64,000 nucleotides of DNA from an uncultured Thermoplasmatales archaeon (GTDB taxonomy: Archaea > Thermoplasmatota > E2 > DHVEG-1). This document shows, one piece after another, positions 9,084 through 18,493 of the stretch (positions within the stretch are counted from its first letter, which is position 1; every line of letters starts with the position of its first letter). The stretch is from contig CAZWYI010000006.1 of assembly GCA_964638155.1 (NCBI GenBank), positions 5,949-69,948 of the forward strand, in the 5' to 3' direction. The notes under the pieces are model-generated. The model saw only the letters and a list, made by a program, of their open reading frames with translations, ran no database searches and was not told the DNA's origin. Both the position numbers and the translations under genes were made by a program.

Positions 9084-9916
9084 TTTTCCACCTCCTCTGT
9101 AATTTTGGAAAAAACTTTTTTGAATTCTTCTTTCCAAAAAGAAAGCCTCTTTACAAAAGGAGTTCCATCTGAATAAAGCTCTGCTATTTCTTCACTTTGA
9201 GGAATCTTTAATAGAATTGGGATTTTTTCCTGCTGGCAGTAAATTTCTACTTTGTTGTCACCTACGCCATCCCTGTTTATAATAACACCAAATGGTACAT
9301 TAAGAAGCCTTACTGTTTCTACTGCAATTTTTAAATCATTAAGGCCAAAGGGCGTAGGTTCAGTAACTAAAATACAGTAATCTGATTCTTCAACTGTTTC
9401 AACAAAGGGACAGGCTGCTCCTGGTGGAGCGTCAAGTATTACATTTTTATTTTTATCAATTTTTTTCTTTAATTTTTTTAAAACAGGTATAGCTTGTATT
9501 TCACCAATATTTAAAAAACCTTGATAGAAATCAATATCTTCTTTTTTTCCATGTTCTATTTTACCAATTTTCCTTGTTTTATAATCTATTGCATTTTCTG
9601 GGCAGACTAGTTTGCATCCTCCGCAGGAGTGACACAGCTCATGGAAAACAAGTACATCTTTTTTAATTACAGCAAGTGCATTATATTTACAGAAATTTGA
9701 GCATTTACCACAAAAACTGCATTTTTCTTTGTCTATTTCAGGAATCAAAACATTTACATTTTCAGATTCAAAAATATCTGTTTTTAAAAAAATATTTGAA
9801 TCCGGTTCTTCTACATCGCAGTCTAAAAACTGAACATTATCAATACTTAATGCAAGGTTTGTTGAAACTGTAGTTTTTCCGGTTCCACCTTTTCCACTTG
9901 CAACAGATATTATCAT
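9071..9916 (-). CDS. MinD-superfamily P-loop ATPase with inserted ferredoxin (COG1149), copy 1
   Basis: SGKGGTGKT, DCDVEEP, two ferredoxin motifs, TEPTPFG. Confidence 0.92.
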   Translation of the reverse strand: MIISVASGKGGTGKTTVSTNLALSIDNVQFLDCDVEEPDSNIFLKTDIFESENVNVLIPEIDKEKCSFCGKCSNFCKYNALAVIKKDVLVFHELCHSCGGCKLVCPENAIDYKTRKIGKIEHGKKEDIDFYQGFLNIGEIQAIPVLKKLKKKIDKNKNVILDAPPGAACPFVETVEESDYCILVTEPTPFGLNDLKIAVETVRLLNVPFGVIINRDGVGDNKVEIYCQQEKIPILLKIPQSEEIAELYSDGTPFVKRLSFWKEEFKKVFSKITEEVEKSKS

Positions 9917-10776
9917 TTATTCACCTTTAAAATTAGTTTTCCAACTTTTGATTTTATATCGTTAGCAACTAGAGGACATTTTGCAACTAGTAAAAAGAAC
10001 ACTCTTCTGTTTATACTACTTAATCCTTCATAGTTTCCTTGTCCTTTTGAAATAACCATATCAGATTTTTCAAATAGTTCTTTGAACTTATCTGATGCAT
10101 ATTTTGTTACAATACCTGGAGTTGATATTTTTTGTCCTTTATCATATGTTATAACATCTGCAATTTTATCTATTCCCGCGTATTTTGCATCATCAACGAG
10201 TACATCATTTATTATAGGATTTTCTTTTACAACATAAGTTATTTTTTTACCTCTTTTTTTTAGTTCTTCTAATAAAAGTCTATCAAAAAATATTTCACCA
10301 GAGTTATCTGCTAGATATAAAATGTCATTTGATTTATCTAATTCTTTTTTAAAAAGAGGATAGTCTCTATCGTCAAATTCACGTTCAAGTGCGTGGGAAA
10401 TCATCTCATCGACATTAAACCTGTTCATTGTTCCAAAATCAATTACATTTCCAACAATTGCAAGTTTAATTGATGTTATCAAAGGATCATCTGATTCTTC
10501 AATTTTTTCTTTTAAATGGTCAAAGATTTTTTTAACCATTTCGTTTGATTCGTTTTTTACTTTTTTATAGGGATCATTGTTTTTTGTAATGGTTCTAATA
10601 ATTCTATGTACTTCTCTAGATAATTCTGGAGGAGATTTTTCAAAATTAATATTTTGTAAGTGCTTAAGCACCTCTTTCATGACATATGTATGTATTTCTG
10701 TATCGTCTGTTGCCATCCTTGCTGCTTCAAGAGATTGCTTTAAAAAACATGGTATACAATCTAGATGTACTTTCAT
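9913..10776 (-). CDS. DUF89/ARMT1-like damage-control phosphatase
   Basis: N-terminal CIPC, DPY, GNVID, DNSGE, KGQGNYE, KC motifs. Confidence 0.9.
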   Translation of the reverse strand: MKVHLDCIPCFLKQSLEAARMATDDTEIHTYVMKEVLKHLQNINFEKSPPELSREVHRIIRTITKNNDPYKKVKNESNEMVKKIFDHLKEKIEESDDPLITSIKLAIVGNVIDFGTMNRFNVDEMISHALEREFDDRDYPLFKKELDKSNDILYLADNSGEIFFDRLLLEELKKRGKKITYVVKENPIINDVLVDDAKYAGIDKIADVITYDKGQKISTPGIVTKYASDKFKELFEKSDMVISKGQGNYEGLSSINRRVFFLLVAKCPLVANDIKSKVGKLILKVNK

Positions 10777-10791
10777 TTAAATTCACTTTTT

Positions 10792-11178
10792 TTAAAAATG
10801 TTTATGTTTTCCCTGTCCTCGGAAGGCGTGCTCTTGACATGCATCTCCTTCGTTTGCTTTTTTTAATTCTTCATTTTTATATGCATCTATTGCATCTTTT
10901 ACTGTTCCTTTTGCTCCAATATATACAGTTATTCCAAAATCAGAAAACATGCCGATTGCTTTTCTACCTAGGCCACTGCAGAGCATTACATTTACTCCTT
11001 CTTTAGTTAGAAGTTCAGGTGGATATCCTCTTCCGCCCATGTGATGGCTGTCATTTGAAATCACTTTTACATCATTTTTATCAAGATCAACAATTGTATA
11101 AGTTGGAACTCTTCCGAAATGTTCTCCTACTGTTTCATCAAGTCCTCTATTTCCATTTGTTGGTATACATACTTTCAT
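10792..11178 (-). CDS. NifB/NifX-family (FeMo-co-binding fold) protein
   Basis: HFGR motif, family size, C-terminal C/H-rich tail. Confidence 0.88.
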   Translation of the reverse strand: MKVCIPTNGNRGLDETVGEHFGRVPTYTIVDLDKNDVKVISNDSHHMGGRGYPPELLTKEGVNVMLCSGLGRKAIGMFSDFGITVYIGAKGTVKDAIDAYKNEELKKANEGDACQEHAFRGQGKHKHF

Positions 11179-11183
11179 AATTT

Positions 11184-11549
11184 TTACCTCATTCCATGAT
11201 GGCTTCCTACATTAGGATTTTCTGTTTCATTTAAATCTCCTTTTTTGTAGCTTTCGATAGCCTCTTTTATAGAACCTCTTGCACCAGTAAAAATCTTCAT
11301 TCCGCCTGCAACAAGAGTTCTGTGTGCGTTTGGCCCGATGTTTCCTGTGATTAGTACTTCTGCTCCGTTGTTTACAACTGTTTCAGCAGCTTTAATCCCT
11401 GCTCCTCCTGTGGCCATACTACTTTCATTTGAAATTACATTAAAATCCATATTTTCAGAATCAACTATTAAAAAATATTTACAGCGTCCAAAACGCTGGT
11501 CAACTTCTGCATTTAAATCTTTATCTGTTGATGATACTGCAATTTTCAT
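11184..11549 (-). CDS. NifB/NifX-family protein
   Basis: RFGRC, GAG, GNIGPNA and SHHG motifs. Confidence 0.9.
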   Translation of the reverse strand: MKIAVSSTDKDLNAEVDQRFGRCKYFLIVDSENMDFNVISNESSMATGGAGIKAAETVVNNGAEVLITGNIGPNAHRTLVAGGMKIFTGARGSIKEAIESYKKGDLNETENPNVGSHHGMR

Positions 11550-11606
11550 AATTATTCCTCCCTTGTTTTTCTCAAATATTAAGTGGTGTTAATAACTCTT
11601 TGTATT

Positions 11607-11819
11607 TTATGCGCGAGTCATGGGCTGACCGCACTTGGGGCATTTTCTGTTAAAACAAGGTACCGATCTTTGATGCGGCTCACGGTGTCCACAATTAGGG
11701 CAATAACATTTGCCTTCAGGGCCAAGACCATAACCTGGTCCTCTACCACGGTCTCTTCCTTGACCTCGACCTGCTACTGGACCAGTACCATCTGGTCCTG
11801 TACCATTTCCACCTGGCAT
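11607..11819 (-). CDS. Small Gly/Arg-rich protein with DUF5320-like N-terminus and C-terminal Zn finger
   Basis: MPGGNGTGP..G.GRG, then CYCPNCG..H....PC...CPKCG; SD GGAGGTGA before ATG 11819. Confidence 0.8.
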   Translation of the reverse strand: MPGGNGTGPDGTGPVAGRGQGRDRGRGPGYGLGPEGKCYCPNCGHREPHQRSVPCFNRKCPKCGQPMTRA

Positions 11820-11820
11820 C

Positions 11821-12627
11821 TTATTTTTCACCTCCCACAATTTTTTCTACATTTTCAACAAAATCGATATAGTTTTTTTCGGTATCTTTATTTTTTATAT
11901 CTATTTTTTTTGCGCTATCTCCTATTTCTACTATATCTGGATCAAGTGGAATTGAACCTAAGAATGGTATTTTAAAATCTTCTGCTGCTTTTTTACCTCC
12001 TCCTGTTTTAAAGATATCTACTTTTTTTCCACAGTGAGGACAGGTAAAACCACTCATGTTTTCAACAATTCCTATTACATTTAATTTTAGCTTTTTAACA
12101 AAATTAATTGATTTACGTACACTTACAAGTGCCACGTCCTGAGGGGTTGTTACAATTATCACTCCATCTACATCTGGAAGTAATTGTGCGATACTTAATG
12201 GTTCATCTCCTGTACCCGGTGGTAAATCAATAATTAAATAATCAAGTTCTCCCCAATCAACTTGTCCGAGAAGTTGTCTTATTGCGCCCATCTTCATAGG
12301 CCCGCGCCAAATAACAGGGGAGTCTTTTCCTGGCAGTAAATATCCCATGGACATTATTTTTAGTCCTTCATTTGTTTTGATTGGTTGGATAAGATTATTT
12401 TTCATTATTCCTTTTTCATCTTCCACACCCATTATTTTTGGAATGCTTGGGCCGTGTATGTCGCTGTCAAGTATTCCTGTTTTGTATCCTTTTTTTGCTA
12501 GATACATTGCAAGGTTTGAAGAGATTGTACTCTTTCCTACTCCTCCTTTTCCACTTAGGACTACTATTTTATGTTTTACTTTCTCTAGATTTTTTTTAAC
12601 ATCTATTTCATCTTTCTTTTTTTTCAT
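11821..12627 (-). CDS. mrp: Mrp/NBP35/ApbC iron-sulfur cluster carrier ATPase
   Basis: [35 protein letters not shown]. Confidence 0.95.
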   Translation of the reverse strand: MKKKKDEIDVKKNLEKVKHKIVVLSGKGGVGKSTISSNLAMYLAKKGYKTGILDSDIHGPSIPKIMGVEDEKGIMKNNLIQPIKTNEGLKIMSMGYLLPGKDSPVIWRGPMKMGAIRQLLGQVDWGELDYLIIDLPPGTGDEPLSIAQLLPDVDGVIIVTTPQDVALVSVRKSINFVKKLKLNVIGIVENMSGFTCPHCGKKVDIFKTGGGKKAAEDFKIPFLGSIPLDPDIVEIGDSAKKIDIKNKDTEKNYIDFVENVEKIVGGEK

Positions 12628-12675
12628 ATTAAGCCTCTGTATTGTTTATGTGTAAAAATAAAATAAAGATTAATT

Positions 12676-13032
12676 TTATTGTTTTTCTTTTGAAAGAGTG
12701 TTTAGTCTTTCTTTCATGGTCTTTAGGTCTTCTTCTAGTGCTTTTATTGTGTCTTCAAGATATCTTTTTTCTTCATCTTTTGTTGGTTCTGGGGATACTG
12801 ATCTGTATTGTGCTGGTTCGTAGTGTGATTCTGGATAGTAATAGTCTCTATACACTCCTCTTCGGCCAAAGCCTCTACCACGACCGAATCTTCTTCCAAA
12901 GCCGCGTCCGAAGCCACGACCTCTTGGTGTGCCTTTTGTATATCCTGGGCTGTTATATCCACTGCAGTAACCTAAGGCTCTTCCGGTTTTTGGACCATAT
13001 CCTTCTGGACCTGTTCTATCGCCACCTGGCAT
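12676..13032 (-). CDS. DUF5320-family protein
   Basis: MPGGDRTGPxGxGPxTGRxLGYC, GRG repeats, C-terminal coiled coil; SD before ATG 13032. Confidence 0.88.
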   Translation of the reverse strand: MPGGDRTGPEGYGPKTGRALGYCSGYNSPGYTKGTPRGRGFGRGFGRRFGRGRGFGRRGVYRDYYYPESHYEPAQYRSVSPEPTKDEEKRYLEDTIKALEEDLKTMKERLNTLSKEKQ

Positions 13033-13033
13033 C

Positions 13034-13372
13034 TTATTTTTCACCTCCTTTGTTTCTTTTGATGAATTCTCCATGCTCAATTTTAATTTGATAATCGTTT
13101 ACTAGGGCGTTTGTTACCTTTTTTCTTGCTTTGTGTAGATCGTTCCATAGTGTTTTTCTTGATACACCCATCATTGCTGCTGCTTCTTCTTGTGTGAGAT
13201 CTTCGAGATCTACTAGTCTTAATGCTTCGATTTCGTAGGTTTTAAGAAGTATTGTTGGTTTTGGTCTTTGGAAGTTTTTATCTTGTGGTGGAGTTGTTTC
13301 ATATGGATAATTTATCCATCTTCTTCCTCGGCAACGCCCTCGACCTCTTTGTCTTCGTCCGCCTCTTGGCAT
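13034..13372 (-). CDS. DUF134-family DNA-binding protein
   Basis: EIEALRLVDLEDLTQEEAAAMMGVSRKT..ARKK HTH signature. Confidence 0.92.
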   Translation of the reverse strand: MPRGGRRQRGRGRCRGRRWINYPYETTPPQDKNFQRPKPTILLKTYEIEALRLVDLEDLTQEEAAAMMGVSRKTLWNDLHKARKKVTNALVNDYQIKIEHGEFIKRNKGGEK

Positions 13373-13394
13373 GGTTTTTACACCTAATTAATTA

Positions 13395-13418
13395 CTCATA
13401 TGAGAACTATTATATAAA
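13395..13418 (-). promoter_or_regulatory. TATA box plus palindromic operator candidate for the DUF134 operon
   Basis: Minus-strand TTTATATA (13418-13411) followed by perfect palindrome CTCATATGAG (13395-13404). Confidence 0.5.
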
Positions 13419-13527
13419 TATTTGCTTTTAGAAGGGGCGCTGTCGCATTGTCGACTGGTAAATTCTAATGTCGTATACGGCTGATAATCTATTTTTCACT
13501 TTTTTAGTTAAATTCTCAAAGGAAATG

Positions 13528-16500
13528 TTAGAAAAATTTCCTAACAATTACAGTATCTTCTGCTGGATTACCTGCATAGTCATAAGCAACTGTTTTTATT
13601 GTATGTTTACCAAATGTTTTTTCTTCCCAGTTAAAAACTAAATCACCACTTGTAATATTTGCCTTTAATTTATTGTCAACAAAGATTTTTACATAGTTTA
13701 TTCCTGATATATTATCAAAAGCATCAATTTCTATTTCTATTTCTCCTAATATCAAAGGAATTGGAAATGAAAATAGTTCCTTGTTTCTTAAATAAAATTT
13801 GTTTTCAGGTTTTAAAATTTGAACATTAGGATTAGAGTTATCCTCTCCATAAAAATAATCAGGTTTTATTTCTCTATCATTATTTCCATCTCCATCATCA
13901 TCAAAATAAATTATAGGATCGACTGCCTCACCATCAATATTCATTTTACCTATTGAATTTTCAAATATTGATATGTTATTGTAATAAAGATATGTTCTAT
14001 TACCATCAGATAACTGTTTAGTTGTTGAAAAATTAAAATCTCCATCGCCTGTTCCTTTCATTATAAATTTATATTTACCATTCCCATAAGGAATAGATAT
14101 TTCTTCGATTGTGTGATTCCATTTTGAAGAATTTGTTTCATTTGTTACAAATAGCGGATCAAAAGAATAAGAAACATTTTCAATTTCAAGATCTACCCCA
14201 TTTGTGTTATTTCTACCAACATGGTTACCATATTCATCATATAGGTGTAACTCAACTGGGCATCCTGTGATTTTTGCTTTAAATTTATCTTCAACAAATT
14301 TTTCTTTGTGAACTATGATTTCATCTTGTTTGAATTCTATTATCCTAAAGGCAGTATCAAGTGTGGAATCTGTTATAACATACAAAGGTTTATCATCTTC
14401 GTGTATGGGGAAATTTGTATAACCCGACCAATAATATGTTCCATCCATATCTCGATTGTATACACGATTTTTGTGTGTATGCCCACTAAGAACAATATCT
14501 ACATCATACTTATCGCAAGCATCTAGAAATCTTTCTTTTTCAGATGTAATGCATCCTGCATCCCAAATTCCATCTTCAGTATATCCTCCCCAGTGTTTCC
14601 AGTCTTCATTTTTTCTATAATATATAACTGGGTGATGCATAAATATAATTTTTTTATAATCACTTGTATCTTTATTGTTGTCACTACCATCTAAGTCATC
14701 TAATTCTGATTCTAATAGGTCTACTTGTTCGGGATCAAGACCTGTCCCTACAGGCGGCCACTTTGTTCCAGTGGTAAGTTTTTTATCATATCCTGAATCT
14801 ATAGATATAATACACGTTTTTGTTGTCTCGTCTTTCCAAGATTTATACCACGTTTGATGATCAATATATTCAATGTAATTATCAAGTACATCTGTCCAAG
14901 GTATTGAACCTTTTAAAGGAGAATATATTCGGTGATCATGGTTGCCAGGGCAATGATATATAGGTATCGTAAAATCAGAATTATGAATCCAATTAATATA
15001 CCAATTAGATTTTATTCCGTTAATTAAACTCCTGTATTCTAAATAATTATTTGCACCAATATCTCCTGATCCCCCACAATCAACAACATCTCCTGAGTTA
15101 ATGACAAATGAAGGCGGAATTGCAAAGTTTTTTATTTTCTTTAAAGTTTTATCTAAATTGCTAACACTGTTTTCTTTATCTAGATAAATTGGCCATTCTT
15201 CATGTATAATATGAGTATCAGTGATATGCACAAAATAAAAATTAGCATAAATTCCAGCATATGAACATCTAGATTCTAGTCCATTTTTATCTTTTATTTC
15301 TGCATGGATTTCTTTTTCCCCACCAGAATAAAAAGTCCATTTCAATATTTTATCATCAGCATTCCAACTATCAAAACTAGTATCCCAGTCAAACCATTCA
15401 GTCCAAATAAAACCATCATCGACCGTTCCATTTTGATCCTCATCACTTAGGAATCTTACTTTATCTATATTGTCTGTATAATCATAAATATGGATATCAA
15501 ACTCTAGCCCCATATCAATATTATCTATTTCTTTTCCATCTTTTTCAAGCCTTAAAAAACATTGAGGCATATCTGATAGTTCAAAATATAGATGATCTGA
15601 AAATAAACTCCAGCCATTAGTGTTATGAGAGCGCATATTCCATCTATATTTTTCTCCATATTCCAATATATCGCTGGGTAACTCATTAAAGGATGTTCCG
15701 TATATCTTTCCATCTGTATAATCTTCTTCACTATCATAAACTAAATTTGCTGGACCATAAGGATATTTACTAATATATAATCCATAATAATCAGCATCTG
15801 GCAGATTTTCCCATTGGAATGTAGGTGTATTTTCATATATAATTTCTCCTGGTTCAGAATTATATCCTGGGGAAATAAGTGTTGGTGGATTAGGTGGTTG
15901 ATTACCGCCCATTTTATATTTATAAAAAATATCATAGTCGTTTCCACTTTCATCGTAATCAGTATCATCCTGCCAGGCAACATGTACTATTTCACTACTG
16001 TCCACAAACAAAGAAGGATCCCAACAATATGTGCTTTCTGTGCTTACCAGTTCAGGGGAACTCCAGCTACCCTCAGCCGACTTATGTTTATAAAAAATAT
16101 TAGGGCCACTGCCGCTATCATCATAATCCATGTAATCAGTCCAAACAACATGTACCATGTCACTGCTATCTAAAAACAATGAGGGACAATAACTTGAGCT
16201 TGCGCTTTCCGTGCTTACTACTTGAGTAGTAGTCCAGATGTCATCAGCCGACTTGTATTTGTAAAATATATCATAATCACTACCACTTTCTCCATAAGAT
16301 GCTCCATCTTGCCAGGCAACATGAATCGTGCCGTTGCTTTCTACCGTCGATGAAGGATATTTACTATTACTGGTACTTTCTGTACTTACTACCTCTGTTG
16401 AACTCCAGCTTTCACCCGCTGGCTTGTATTTGTAAAAAATATCATAGTCGCTCTCACTTTCTACATAAGGTGTTTCATCCTGCCAAATAACGTGAATTGT

Positions 16501-17253
16501 GCTACTGCTGTCCACTATCAATGAAGGTTGTGAACTACTTCTTGTACTTTCTGTGCTTACAACTTCTGTTGCACTCCAACCACCGCCAGCTGGCTTGTAT
16601 TTGTAAAAAATGTCAGTATCACTACTGCTTCCACTATAATTAGTAACATCCTGCCAGGCAACATGAATCTTTCCAGCACTGTCCACGGCCAAAGAAGGAC
16701 AATAACTATATCCATTACTTTCTGTACTTACTACCTCTGTTGTACTCCAGCTTCCACCTGCAGACTTATACTTATAATAGATATCAAAGTCATTCCCACT
16801 ATCGCTATAACTAGTCCAATCATCCCATACTACATGAATCGTTCCAGAATTGTCCACAGTCAATGAAGGAGAAGAATAACTATCACTTGTGCTTTCTGTG
16901 CTTACCACTTCAGTTGTACTCCAGCTACCACCTGCAGGTTTGTATTTGTAAAAAATATCAATATCGCTACCGCTATTCCCATATGCCGTTTCATCCCGCC
17001 AGGCAATGTAAACTGTTCCACTGCTATCAACAACCAACGAACTATACTTGCTATCACTGCTGCTTTCTGCGCTTACTAATTCAGTAATATTCCAACCATC
17101 ATTATTTTTTTCTGTGGATAAGGAAACTGGTTTAGCATTTGTGAAGTTCTCTTCAAAGTCTTCATATTTTCTTAAACTTGGCACGAGACTTGCTACAATA
17201 AACAAGACTATAATAAAAAAAGCCAAATATCTGCTTGGTTTTACCTTTTTCAT
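13528..17253 (-). CDS. Secreted modular protein: beta-propeller repeats, Ig-like regions, calcineurin-like metallophosphoesterase, C-terminal Ig-like domain
   Basis: N-terminal basic+hydrophobic signal; seven ~57-aa WS.TEVVSTES..IHV.W.D..DIFYKYK repeats; DTH, GDVVD, GNHD, MHHP, GHTH motifs. Confidence 0.85.
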   Translation of the reverse strand: MKKVKPSRYLAFFIIVLFIVASLVPSLRKYEDFEENFTNAKPVSLSTEKNNDGWNITELVSAESSSDSKYSSLVVDSSGTVYIAWRDETAYGNSGSDIDIFYKYKPAGGSWSTTEVVSTESTSDSYSSPSLTVDNSGTIHVVWDDWTSYSDSGNDFDIYYKYKSAGGSWSTTEVVSTESNGYSYCPSLAVDSAGKIHVAWQDVTNYSGSSSDTDIFYKYKPAGGGWSATEVVSTESTRSSSQPSLIVDSSSTIHVIWQDETPYVESESDYDIFYKYKPAGESWSSTEVVSTESTSNSKYPSSTVESNGTIHVAWQDGASYGESGSDYDIFYKYKSADDIWTTTQVVSTESASSSYCPSLFLDSSDMVHVVWTDYMDYDDSGSGPNIFYKHKSAEGSWSSPELVSTESTYCWDPSLFVDSSEIVHVAWQDDTDYDESGNDYDIFYKYKMGGNQPPNPPTLISPGYNSEPGEIIYENTPTFQWENLPDADYYGLYISKYPYGPANLVYDSEEDYTDGKIYGTSFNELPSDILEYGEKYRWNMRSHNTNGWSLFSDHLYFELSDMPQCFLRLEKDGKEIDNIDMGLEFDIHIYDYTDNIDKVRFLSDEDQNGTVDDGFIWTEWFDWDTSFDSWNADDKILKWTFYSGGEKEIHAEIKDKNGLESRCSYAGIYANFYFVHITDTHIIHEEWPIYLDKENSVSNLDKTLKKIKNFAIPPSFVINSGDVVDCGGSGDIGANNYLEYRSLINGIKSNWYINWIHNSDFTIPIYHCPGNHDHRIYSPLKGSIPWTDVLDNYIEYIDHQTWYKSWKDETTKTCIISIDSGYDKKLTTGTKWPPVGTGLDPEQVDLLESELDDLDGSDNNKDTSDYKKIIFMHHPVIYYRKNEDWKHWGGYTEDGIWDAGCITSEKERFLDACDKYDVDIVLSGHTHKNRVYNRDMDGTYYWSGYTNFPIHEDDKPLYVITDSTLDTAFRIIEFKQDEIIVHKEKFVEDKFKAKITGCPVELHLYDEYGNHVGRNNTNGVDLEIENVSYSFDPLFVTNETNSSKWNHTIEEISIPYGNGKYKFIMKGTGDGDFNFSTTKQLSDGNRTYLYYNNISIFENSIGKMNIDGEAVDPIIYFDDDGDGNNDREIKPDYFYGEDNSNPNVQILKPENKFYLRNKELFSFPIPLILGEIEIEIDAFDNISGINYVKIFVDNKLKANITSGDLVFNWEEKTFGKHTIKTVAYDYAGNPAEDTVIVRKFF
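15915..17095 (-). repeat. Seven intragenic ~171-bp tandem repeats (propeller blades)
   Basis: Recurring CTTTCTGTGCTTAC / TTGTAAAAAAT blocks matching the protein repeats; boundaries approximate. Confidence 0.8.
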
Positions 17254-17472
17254 AAGAAAGTCCCCTTATTAATATAAATAAATCAAATTTAAATTTATGT
17301 GAAAAAATATTAAATGAGTAATGTTAAACTCAATTTCCTTCTTTTGATACTATCAAAATCAGTATAATATTAGTTTAATATCAAGGAATTAAAGCTAAAT
17401 TTAATGATTTTAATTTATTTTAATATTTTTTTCTTTTTTGACGCTTTTCACCAAAATTAATATAAACTAGAA

Positions 17473-17496
17473 CATGACAAAATATATTATGTCATG
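17473..17496. promoter_or_regulatory. Near-perfect 24-bp palindrome, operator candidate
   Basis: CATGACAaAATATATTaTGTCATG, one mismatched pair, in a divergent intergenic region. Confidence 0.5.
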
Positions 17497-17532
17497 AATT
17501 ACCATGGCAACATAAAAGGGGTTGTTTAAAAA

Positions 17533-17658
17533 ATGAATGAAGCAACAAAAAAACTACAAAAATTTGCGGGAAAGAAAACAAAAAAAGTAGTATCAAAACA
17601 AAAGGATTATAATCCTTATAAAAATAACAATTCAACTTCTGATTATGGGTATAACTAA
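17533..17658 (+). CDS. Small basic hypothetical protein (41 aa)
   Basis: MNEATKKLQKFAGKKTKKVVSKQKDYNPYKNNNSTSDYGYN; upstream AAGGGGT SD, downstream T-run. Confidence 0.55.
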   Translation: MNEATKKLQKFAGKKTKKVVSKQKDYNPYKNNNSTSDYGYN

Positions 17659-17726
17659 TTCCATTAATTCTTTTTTTTATTATTTTTCACAAAGGTATTT
17701 ACAAGGTTTTACATTAGCAATAAAAT

Positions 17727-18491
17727 ATGAAACTCATTTCATGGAATGTAAATGGGATAAGAGCAGCTGATAGAAAAGGATTATTTGATTTTATAAAAAC
17801 TAAAAAACCAGATATACTATGTCTTCAGGAAATAAAGGCAGAACCAGATCAACTTCCACCGCATTTGAAAAACACTCCAGGTTACAATGTTTTTATTAAT
17901 TCAGCTGAAAGAAAAGGATACAGTGGAGTTACAAATTACTCAAAAATAAAACCAAAAAAAGTTAAACATGGTTTTGGAATAGAAAAATTTGACAGTGAAG
18001 GAAGAACACTTATCACTGAATTCGATGATTTTGTTTTATTTAATATATATTACCCGAATGGAAAAAAGAACCAGGAAAGACTAGACTATAAACTAGATTT
18101 CTATGATACCTTTTTATCATATGCTGATAATCTAAAAGCAGAAGGAAAAAATATAGTTGTATGCGGTGATTTTAACACAGCTCACAAAGAAATAGATCTA
18201 GCACGTCCAAAGGAGAACGAAAAAATCTCTGGTTTTTTACCAATAGAACGTGCATGGATTGATACATTTATAGACCATGGATATGTTGATACTTTCAGGC
18301 ATTTTAATAAAAAATCAAACAACTATACCTGGTGGAGTATGAGAACAAAAGCACGGGAAAGAAACGTCGGTTGGAGACTAGATTATTTTTTTGTAAACAA
18401 AGAATTCATAAAAAATGTAAAAAACGCCTTTATATTGGATGATGTGATGGGATCGGATCACTGTCCAGTGGGAATAGAGCTTGAGGTATAA
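17727..18491 (+). CDS. xth: Exodeoxyribonuclease III / AP endonuclease
   Basis: SWNVNG, LQEIK, GYSG, GDFN, WRLDY, SDHCP. Confidence 0.96.
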   Translation: MKLISWNVNGIRAADRKGLFDFIKTKKPDILCLQEIKAEPDQLPPHLKNTPGYNVFINSAERKGYSGVTNYSKIKPKKVKHGFGIEKFDSEGRTLITEFDDFVLFNIYYPNGKKNQERLDYKLDFYDTFLSYADNLKAEGKNIVVCGDFNTAHKEIDLARPKENEKISGFLPIERAWIDTFIDHGYVDTFRHFNKKSNNYTWWSMRTKARERNVGWRLDYFFVNKEFIKNVKNAFILDDVMGSDHCPVGIELEV

Positions 18492-18493
18492 AA

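Noticed and set aside
10792..11549. Nitrogen fixation
   Set aside because: Stand-alone NifX-like domains with no nifHDKENB nearby
13431..13485. GC-richer intergenic stretch with three TGTCG copies, possible IS remnant
   Set aside because: No partner inverted repeat, target duplication or transposase fragment found
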